A stretch of DNA of 64,000 bases, from assembly GCA_043228905.1 (NCBI GenBank), contig JBHGNT010000010.1, forward strand, positions 12,152,001-12,216,000, written 5' to 3'. This document shows positions 51,174-61,675 of the stretch, one piece after another (position 1 is the stretch's first letter; the number at the start of each line of letters is the position of its first letter). Made by a program: the position numbers and the translations under genes. The notes below the pieces were generated by a model that worked only from the letters and a program-made list of their open reading frames with translations, did not search any database and had not been told where the DNA came from. Source of the DNA: Azolla caroliniana. Its lineage: Eukaryota; Plantae; Polypodiophyta.

Positions 51174-54100
51174 CACACCCCAACCCAACACACGCTGACT
51201 ATCCTGCTTGGGAGCAGGCTACAAGCCGTGAGTTGTATTGGGTTGCATCATGCGTTCATGATCATATGCTTGGCTACATTCGAGAGGCAAAAATGCCGAA
51301 GCAGGCGTGGGAAAACCTCAAGAAGATCTTCGCAACCAATACGGCCGCACGAAAGCTCCAACTTCGACAGGAGCTGAACAATCTTCAACAAAGAGACATG
51401 TCAATCGGCAACTACACCTTAAAGATCAAGGAGTTGTGCGATGCCCTTGGATCGATTCATGTTAGCATTGACCACGAAGAAATGGTGTAGATATGCCTCG
51501 GTGGCTTGGCACTGCGATTTGGCGCAATAAGATCAGCCGTTCTCGCGAGAGAGAATCCTCCCTCCTTTCATTGTTGCTAGTCGAAGAGAATAACGTGTGT
51601 CAAAGGAACAACACACATGAAAGACAAATGCTATATTCGAACTTCGATGGAGGAAGAGGACAAAACCGCAGAAGGAGAGGTCGATTCGGCCAAGACCGAC
51701 AGAACCATGAGCATAATTCCCACCAATGGCAAGTAGACAGAAACGGTCCCAGAGAATTCGGCGGAAGGGAAAGTCATCACGCCGGACCAAGCAACCATAG
51801 GAACCTAGTTAAGTGCGGGTACTATGGAAAACCCGGCCACTACGAAGAGGAATGTCGGAAGAAGAAGCGTGAGCAAGGCCGAAAACTAACAAATTACGCC
51901 ACGAACTCCGACTACGGCGACTATGGCGGAATGTTCACAATGAAGCACGAAGCGCACTCAATGTCCGCACTTGCGTCAACTACCGCTTCCACTCCGAACA
52001 ACGTATGGTTTGTCGATTCGGGAGCATCCAATCACATGACGTCCCATGAAGATAGGTTTTGGGAACTTCAGAAGCCCGAACGTCCCGGATATGTCGAAAC
52101 AGGAGATGACATGACTCACCCCATACAGCATATCAGGAACGACCCATTTGGAAACGATGGCAAACAAACCTACCTCAAGAACGTGTTGCATGTCCCCACC
52201 ATTACGAAAAACCTGGTCTTAGTCGGTCAGATTGTCGAACAAGGAATGCAAGTATGCTTCAATAATGATGATGCTTCATTGAGAAAGGCGATCAAGTCGT
52301 AGCTCACGGCCGACGAGAAGGCCGCATGTTCATCCTCGAATCGAGCGAGATAAAGTCGGCCATGTATGCAAAGGGCCAAAAATTCGAAACCGACATAAAA
52401 CTGTGGCACAAGAGAATCCGCCACATTAATCTCCAGAAGCTACAAAACATGCAATCGAAAGGAGTCGTAATCGGCTCCCGAACTTCACAGCAAAGGAGAT
52501 TACAGGCGTATGTGAAGCATGTCGGTTCGGAAAGCAACGTCGTCACCCATTCCCTAAAGAGCGGAATGTGAGCAAAGGAATCCTGGATGTCGTACATTCA
52601 GATGTGTGGGGACCAGCCGAGACAGCAACATTCGGCGGATGCCGATACTATGTCATGTTCATCAACGACTTCTCCAGGAACACCTGGATCTATCCGATGA
52701 AGTAGAAGAGTGAAGTGTTCAGGCACTTCCAGACATTCAAAGCCGAAGTCGAAAAAACTACGGGACGACATGTACACTGTCTTCGATCAGATGGAGGCAA
52801 AGAATATTTTTTGAATGAATTTTCGGCGTATCTTCGAAAAGAAGGAATCAGACGAGAGTTCTCGTGTCGACATACGCCTCAGCAGAATGGCGTAGCAGAG
52901 CGTAAAAATCGTCATGTTGTAGAAGTCACACGAGCCATGATGAACGAGAAGAACCTGCCGAAATCATATTGGGTAGAAGCGGCAAATACAGCCGTATATC
53001 TCATGAATAGGTGCACAACCTCGGGAGTACACGATATAACTCCGCATGAGAAGTTCTTCGGAAAGAAGCCGGACTTGTCACATCTCCGCATTTTCGGTTC
53101 TATCGCCTACGTACATATTCCCGACAATACGCGGCAAAAGCTTGACCCAAAGTCAGAGAAATGTATCCTCATAGGATACTCACTCGAACAGAAAGGGTAC
53201 AAATGCTACAACCCATCTACTCGTAAGGTTCGAACAAGTCGAGACGTAGTCTTCGACGAATACACATCCTGGTACGCACCAGAGAACACATCGACTCCAA
53301 CCCCACTCGACACGGATGACACTGAAATAGAAATAGAAGATGAGGATCGGCTCAGAAAAATGTTAGGAGACAACCCAATTACGACACGGTTGAGTGGGCC
53401 ATCAAAGCCGCCGAGCGATGAAAGCACATCTCGGCCGAGTCCGAAGCTGGACAAAGGGAAGGCGAAAATGTGGGAATATGAAGATAAGGAAGAGACCAAG
53501 ATGCTTCACTCTCTTGACAGTGAATTTGAAGATCTCGACATCCGCATAGATGGAGTGAAGAAAGTCATACTCCCCACAGATCGAGAGCTACGCCAATCCA
53601 CACATGAAAAGAACCCCGTAAACCGCTATGGCTACGATGAGTACATGGCGTATCACTACACTTTTATTATGAAAGTAGCATCAGTACGGGAACCAGAAAT
53701 GCTTTCCGAAGCCGCAAAGGATCCGCGATGGGTCGATGGGATGAATGAGGAGATGGAAGCTTTATGCAAAAACGAGACATGGGATCTTGTTCCTGTCCCT
53801 CCGAACAAGAAAGCGATTGGCTGCATATGGATATACAAATTAAAATACAATGCCGACGGATCCGTAAATCGCTTCAAAGCATGGCTCGTTGCGAAAGGCT
53901 ACGTGCAAACGCACGACATAGACTTCGAAGAAACCTTTGCCCCGGTGGCAAAGATGACAATTGTACGGACAGTAATTGCACTCGCCACAGCGAAGGGATG
54001 ACACCTCCACCAAATGGACGTGAAAAATGCTTTCCTCCAAGGAGAGTTAGAAGAAGAGGTGTACATGATACAACCACCTTGATTCGAATCACGTAAACAT

Positions 54101-55260
54101 CCGCACGTCGTATGCTAACTCAAGAAGCCACTCTACGGCCTCAAACAAGCACCGCGTGTTTCGCATTTGAAGATCACGCAGTATCTTCATCAAGTCGGAT
54201 TTCGGATGTCAAAATCTGATACTTCTCTGTACATCCTAAATGAGTCGGGTAGCCCGATCATCATCATCTTATATGTGGATGACTTGGTCATCGGAGGAAA
54301 GGATCTCGCCGAGATCAACAAAGTCAAAACATTTCTCTCCGGTAGATTCAAAAGGAAAGACCTACACGAACTCCATTACTTCCTAGGCATTGAAGTAATT
54401 CGGACACCAGTCGGGATAATGATCTCACAAAGGCACTACGTTCTTAACTTACTCTACAAGTTCGGAATGACCGAGTGCAAGCCTATGTCTACCCCTCTCG
54501 ATCGTAACCTAAAGATTGATGCCAATTCCGGAACCGCTGAGAGAGAGCCGACTCAGTATCGACAACTGATCGGTAGTTTGATCTATCTAACCATTACGCG
54601 ACCAGACCTCAGTTATTCAGTCGACCTACTTAGCCAATTCATGCAGAATCCGTGAAACCTTCATCTTGATTGTGCTAAGAGGATACTACGGTATGTCAGT
54701 ATGACAATGGCCTACGACATCATGTATAAGGATACACCGACGCGGACTGGGCAGGCTATAAAGCGGATAGACGATCCACCTCCGGATTTGTCTTCTCCCT
54801 CAGAAGTGGAGCAATCTCCTGGAGCTGCAAGAAACAGCCGACAGTCGCATTGTCGGGCACGGAAGCCAAATATAGGGGTGTTGCAGTCGCCGCATGTGAA
54901 GCCGTATGGCGTAAACGCATACTAAAGGATCTGGGCATTCCCATCAACGATCCAATTCGTCTCTACTATGACAACATGAGCAGTATCTACCTGGTGCGGA
55001 ACCCCATATTTCACATGTGGACTAAACATATTGAAGTACATTACCACTTCATCCGCGAGCGCGTACAGGCCGGCGAGATCGATCTACAACATACCAGTAC
55101 GCACCTCCAAGTTGCTAATATATTTACGAAGGTCTGAGGAGTCGACAAGCTCGGGCAATTTGCATCGGACCTTGGTCTCACAACATCTACATTGCCGAAC
55201 TTGAGGGGGAGTACAGGTACAAGCGACATGGAAGCAATACGCAATGAGTACGCAACACAT
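51174..55260 (+). pseudogene. pol: B gag-pol remainder (gag, PR, IN, RT, RH), decayed
   Basis: [43 protein letters not shown]. Confidence 0.92.
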
Positions 55261-55329
55261 CCGACTAGACAAGTCGAAGTACGAACCGGACAACCTTCTC
55301 GATAGATAGAAGTTGTGCTCGAAGGGGCG

Positions 55330-55533
55330 TGTTGAGAGTCGAACACAACTTCCCTTAGATAGGTTTCACACTAGCTCATCGACATGTTGGGCTAGTTTTG
55401 TAAATAATAGAAATGGCACTTGCCCTAGCTTAGTTGATATATAAACCAACGCATTGTAACTTAGTTGTTGTTGGATGTTTTATGTTTTGATGTAATTTTG
55501 GTTAATATACAGTTTGTCCATCTCTTTCGTAAG

Positions 55534-55602
<69 letters not shown>

Positions 55603-55671
55603 GACACACACACACACACTCACTCATCTCCCGCTGCATTACAACCACTCTTGCCTCCTCATTTCTTTACA
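55330..55671 (+). repeat. 3' LTR of B with expanded (CT)~31 tract at 55535-55597
   Basis: Pairs with 21702-22006. Confidence 0.92.
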
Positions 55672-58600
55672 ATCCGACATATCAGGATGACCCGGACGCG
55701 GAGGCCCACATCTGCGCCTTTCTCCAAACATGGGAAGCGAACCATGTTTCACAACGGCTGACCAAAGCAAACGTCGAACGCTCGAAGATAGTGGAATTCG
55801 GCATGACCCTGGAAGGACTGGCGGCACGAACAAGCACCTTCCTGGCAGCATTGCCACATTTCAAGAATTAAAGAAAAAGTTTCTGCGCTTCTTCCACAGG
55901 CCGGTGGAACAAAGGGAAATCGTCGGTCAGTTCTACATGACACGGCAGGACCCAACAGAAACCGTGTCGCAGTTCATCATTCGGTTCCAAATGTTGCACA
56001 GTCAACTCACCAGAGCCCCGCCGGAAGAAGTGAAAGCGATATTTTTGGCAGTGCTTCGATTCAAGAACCTCTCCGAACAATGTGTGCGGTAATCGATTTC
56101 CAAACCAACACCATAGACCAAGTCAAGGACCGGGTAATGGAAATGAACAAGCACAATTCGTGGCTATCAATGGGGGCACTCCAATGAGCACTCCCTATTG
56201 AAGAGGACCTCCGGTTTCGGCAGGCCGTACAATGCACAACGTGCCTTAACCTCGAACACTCAACGGTAGAATGCACAATGAGGGCACAATGCATGTAATG
56301 CCATTCCCGAGCCCACACAATGGACCAATGTGAATATAATCTACTAAACCGACAGATGGCACTAGTCCGGCAGATCGAACCTTGGACATAGTGGCAAAAC
56401 GATAATGAACAGTTCAGGCGACATGACTGCTACCGACCAATATAAGATATCCAGTACGACAGACGGGAGTATGATCTGGATCGTAGGGATAAGAGCCGAG
56501 AATATAATCGTGATAGGTATGATCGCAATTATTCCCCCGACTATAATAGAAGGAGGGATGAACAACGAGGAGAATATGCAGATTCGGATAGGCGTCACTC
56601 AAACCAGGAGGGAAATCGGAACAACCGGCGCCATAATCGGAGGAGAAATTTGCGGAGAAATGAGCGTCGAGAACCAGCAAGAGACTATCAACGGGAGCCC
56701 GATAGAAACATGACCAGTGCTCAATTAGAGCAATGGAGAATAGACAAGCCAAACTAGGCAATAATCGGCTTTCGGTCCGGTAATATGGGAAAAGCGGAAT
56801 CAAGTAACACACGGAAAGTGTACTGTTACTACTACTGACAAGAAGGACACTATAACGGTCAGTGCCCGGTCAAGACCAACGAGAAACAACCGGCAGTGAA
56901 TATGGTGATTGCGGAGGTCGCTGATATTCAACAGGTCACCACTTGATCGAAAAGAAGAACGGTAGAATGGGAGGCTGAGGAAGCAATCCGGAAACAGGCC
57001 ACTGAATGGATAGAAAAGGCGAACGAATGGAACGTGACCGAACTATGAGAACAAAGGAAACCTCTGAAGGAACAAACAGAAACCATGGACGAGAATCCAA
57101 CGTAGTAGGCATTACAAGACTGCTAGATTATGCTACCACTACGCCGACAGCTGCAATTAGTGCCCTGATTCACTGACGGACTGAAATCGGTATTGGCCCC
57201 ACAAAATCCCACATCAGCTCCGACATTCTTTTCGAATCTGGAAGAAGGATCGGCCATTGTGGACACGAGAAACCCTACAATCACAGTCATCGTCAAAGGA
57301 CGAGAAGTACCAGGAACAGTCATGGATGGCATATTGGGAGTGAACGTAATTAGCCAACGTACATGCGATACGTTGGGGATCCAGGAATGGGAACCATGCC
57401 CATTCTAGCTCCGGATGGCAGATACCAGTTCGGTCCGGCCAACCAGACTGATTCGGGATTTGGAGGTCACAATTGGCGAACATGCATTACGGATATCCGC
57501 GGTGGTGCGGCAGCTAAACGCACAAGGAGCATATCCCTTGTTGCTAGGGAGACCATAGCTGCGGACGGCGCACATAAAACAGAATTGGCAGAGGAATATC
57601 ATCACTTTCCGATGTGGCAAAGCAAAAGTGCAAGTACTGACACACCCACGGATGGGCGCCAATAACGAGTGGACGCCACTATATGCAGAAAGCATTAACA
57701 TGCTAGAAGGCCTAGTCGACGAAGAGATAGACCATTACGTAGACGAGCATCCAAGGATAGTGCCATTATTCGAAGTAGACATTGCAGAAGCAGTTACCCC
57801 GTATATCGTGCAACCAGAAGACGATGGTGAGGAGCTGGATCAGGAAGCAATTCGGGAATTACGTCAAGCACATCAATCCCTGGAACAGGAAATGGCGGGG
57901 TATCACAACGAGTAAAAGCATCATAGTTGGAGGAGGTGAACCTCGGAACTGGGGAGGAATCGAAACAGGTCAATGTGGCAAAAGAAATGCCACTGTTCGA
58001 AAAAGCAGCGATGGTGTCATTACTAAAAGAATTCCGGGACGTATTCGCATGGTCGTACAAAGACATGCGAGGATTGGACCCCCATCTATATCATCACCAA
58101 ATTCACCTGAGCAAGGACGCAAAACCGGTAGCACAGAGGCGATATTGCATGAATCCGAACTATGCGGCCAAAGTGAAAGAGGAGATCGACAAGTTACTTC
58201 GACTCGGTTTTATCCGGCCGGTAAAGCAAACAACATGGTTAAGCCCGATTGTGGTCGTACCCAAGAAAAATGGCAAAATCAGGGTCTGTGTAGATTACTG
58301 GAAGTTAAATGCAGCAACGGTAACGGATGCATTGCCACTCCCATTTACAGATAGGGTTCTGGACGCGACAGCTGGTCATGAAGTGTATAGCTTCCTCGAC
58401 GGATTCAGTGGATACAATCAAATCCGGATGCATTCAACGGACCAGGAGAAGACAACATTCATTACAGAGTGGGGAGTATTCATGGCGGTAGTAATGATGT
58501 TCAGACTAAAGACGGCACCAACAACTTTTTAACGCATCATTAAGGAGATATTCGGAGAATTCATTCATGCGTTCATGCAGGTGTTTCTAGATGCCTTTGT

Positions 58601-59865
58601 GGTATACAGCCGACCAGGTGAACACCTAGATCATCTCCGATTAGGTTTAGCGAAGTGCCGAGGATACCGGTTGAGTCTGAACCCGGCGAAATGTGTGTTT
58701 GAAGTGACAAGCAGGACATTACTAGGATGTATGGTGAGCAAGGATGGCATTGCGGTTGATCCGGATAAAGTAAAAGCGATTTTGGAAGTGCCGACGCTGG
58801 CAAATGCCAAAGCACTAAGTTGGTTCTTAGGACAAATCTGGTGGCACAGCCGGATGCTCCGGTATTTGGCCGACTTTGCCACACCCTTACACGCGGCCGT
58901 TCACCGAATCCATTCCAATGGACGGAGCTGGAGGATAGCGTATATCACATGTTGAAAGTAATGTTGTCGCAGGCGTTGGTAGTGCAACCCCCAGATTGGA
59001 CCAAGGAATTTCATGTGTTCATGGACGCGTCAGAAATCGCGATCGGCAGCGTTCTCATGCAGCTCACCGAACCAAGGTGGTACCGGCCAGTGTACTACGT
59101 GAGTCAGAAGCTCTCAAAGGCTGAACGAAACTACTCTACAACAAAAAGAGAAGCCTTGGGGATGGTTTATAACGTAACAAAATTCCGCCATTACCTCCTA
59201 GGATGAAAATTTTCATTTCATGTGGATCATTCGGTGCTACTATACTTGGTCTCAAAAGCATTCTTAACTAGCAAGCTGGCCCGGTGGATGTTGTTGCTAC
59301 AAGAATTTGAATTTGAAATATTCCACCGACCGGGAGTGCAACATGCAGTAGCCGACTACTTAAGCCGATTAGAATCCGGGGAAACCAAAGACGATGTTCC
59401 CAACGAGTTTCTGGAGGCACAGTTATTCAGGGTGACCGCGGAGACGAAGGTGGATGAAATAGTGGCCGGAGAGGATAATTGGCTTACAAACATGCACCAG
59501 TTCCTGAGCACCAGACTACCTCCGGAAGAATTGAATCGGGATGAACGGAACTAGTTGGTAGTGTAGAGTCAGCATTTTTGCTTATTACAGGACACCTTGT
59601 ACCATAAAGGAGCCGACGGAATATGGCGACGTGCGATCCAGAATGACGAGAAGGAGGCAATACTTCGAGAATCCCATTGCGGGGTGGCAGGAGGCCACTA
59701 TGCCGGAGACACTACGGCAAGGAAAATTTGGAGAAGCGGATTGTGGTGGCCCACAACATTGAAGGATGTCATGCGGTATGCAAAGGAATGTGACCTATGT
59801 CAGCGACTGGGCCAACCAACGGAGCAAGCACGGATGCCGCATCAACCGATGTTGTCGTTGGACCC
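55672..59865 (+). pseudogene. pol: D gag-pol remainder
   Basis: Collinear with F 33000-37170; FLDGFSGYNQI, RNase H and integrase HHCC motifs. Confidence 0.9.
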
Positions 59866-60999
59866 CGTCATCATACCTTTTGACAAACACATAGTGATCC
59901 GCTAGTGTTTTTTGGAACCCATGTTCCACCGTGAAAGATTCGAACTTCTTGTACCACTAGCGTGGATCTTGTTTCAGACCATACAAGCTTTTCTTCAGTC
60001 GACACACCAGGTTCTCTTTCCCTTGCTCCTCAAAGCCTTTGGGTTGTTGCATGTAGATCTCTTCATCTAACTCCCCATGAAAGAATATTATCTTGACATC
60101 CAATTGTTCGATCTCTAGGTCCATGCCAACAACAATGCTTAGAATAGTTCGGATGGATCTCATCTTCACGACTGGTGTGAAAATCTCGACGAAGTGAAGA
60201 CCTTTTTTTTGTTGCAACCCCTTCACAACTATGCAAGATTTATACCTAGGCGCATGGTAGACTTCTCCAGTCTTCATCTTATACACCCATTTGTTCCTGA
60301 GTGCTCTCTTACTTTTCGGTAATTCTACCAGGTCGTAGGTGTAGTTTTCATGCAAGGAGCCCATCTCATCTTGCATTGCACTCAACCATCTTTCTTTGTG
60401 CTTGTCGACAATGGCTTCATCATAGCACTCTGGTTCACCTTCATCAATCAAGAGGATGTATTGACTGGCATGCATATCTTGTCAGTGCTCTTCTCTCTCT
60501 AAGAGGATATCTCCTTCCAAATGGCTCTACCAACTCTTCTCTCGGCTCAGGTTCATTCATGTTGATCGGTTGTCGGATGTCCATTGACTCTGATTCATAT
60601 TCATCAATCGACTTCAGTAGGTCCATCAATTCCGACTCATAGGTCGGTTGCTTTGAGTCGACGAACTCCGATTCAACTCTTCCATCTAGTTGTCTCCGAT
60701 TAGCCGAATGTGGTGGTTCAACTGGTCTTAAGGTGGTAGTTGAGGGCGACTGGAAGTCGATTCTGACTTCTATTTCTTCCAGTCCTCTATCGTCTTGTCT
60801 TCTAAGAAATATTACATCCCGACTCCTCACTACCTTCTTATCGACTAGGTCCCATAGCCTATAGCCGAATTCATCTTCCGAGTATCCCATGAATATGCAT
60901 GGTTTCGACTTATTGTCCAGCTTCACCCTCTGATCCTTAGCCACATGCATATACACCAAGCATCCAACACCCTCAGGTGTCGATAGGAGACATCCTTTC
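59866..60999 (-). mobile_element. Copia internal fragment (integrase C-term to RT), related to family C
   Basis: ORFs 60444-60959 (GYSEDEFGYRLWD) and 59957-60475 (YMQQPKGF...KSLYGLKQ). Confidence 0.88.
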
Positions 61000-61060
61000 T
61001 GTTGGGATTTCGGTCCCTCCGGATGGGATGTCCGGAGATGAATGACGGCAAGCCCGGTTG

Positions 61061-61192
61061 CGGTTACGGAACCGGAGGATGAAGAGTACCCGGCTACGGA
61101 TCCGGATGATGAAGACCCCGGCTACGGAGCCGGATGATGAAGACCCCGGCTACGGAGCCGGATGACGAATGTACCCGGAGAGAGATCCGGAT
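61061..61192 (+). repeat. ~28-bp tandem repeats in U3, about 4-5 copies
   Basis: Unit GGCTACGGAGCCGGATGATGAAGACCCC. Confidence 0.88.
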
Positions 61193-61675
61193 GCGGGGAC
61201 ATATTTGTGAATATGTTTGCCAAGGGCCCTTGAGGCTATATTTGTAAATAGCCCGAAAGTCATATGTGTATAAATATGACTTAGGGCAAACAGTTTAGTG
61301 TTGCTACTTATTTTTTCTGTTTTTCCCACTCAAGAGGAGTGAAAAGAGAGCAGCCGTGAGAGAGAGAGAGAGAGAGATACGAAGAGGTCGTTGCCTCTGT
61401 GTATTACCGCCGCCTGTGGCGAAGACAGTGAGCTCAAGGTTGTTGCCTTGTAGCTTCACCATTGTACATCTCTGTTTATAGTGATAGTTGGAGTTTGAGG
61501 ACTCCCGTGGTTTTTCCCATTTAGGGTTTTCCACGTAAAACATCCTGTGTACTCTTCTCTCTATTATCTTTGTGCATCTTGTATTTCCTGTTTTCTGTGA
61601 GTTAATCCTATTCCTCGGTTGTGGCCGAGCACTGGTTTTACAACAAAGTGGTATCAGAGCACGGTAACACAGAAA

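Larger units (their letters stand above)
21702..55671 (+). mobile_element. Copia B, split by copia C
   Basis: LTRs 21702-22006 and 55330-55671; PBS TGGTATTAGAGC 22007-22018; gag starts 22108, resumes 51174. Confidence 0.92.
20680..59865 (+). mobile_element. Athila-like gypsy D, split by copia B: 5' LTR and gag start 20680-21701; gag-PR-RT-RH-IN N-term 55672-59865; 3' truncated
   Basis: LTR and gag similar to element F; gag stops at GACACCATG (21703) and resumes after 55671 collinear with F; LTR end and PBS deleted near 21115. Confidence 0.85.

Noticed and set aside
55535-55597. (CT)n expansion in the B 3' LTR as a functional signal
   Set aside because: Ordinary microsatellite slippage relative to the 5' LTR
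61061-61192. CRISPR-like array (also 32822-32952)
   Set aside because: Contiguous tandem units without unique spacers, inside an LTR or gag; no cas genes; eukaryotic context
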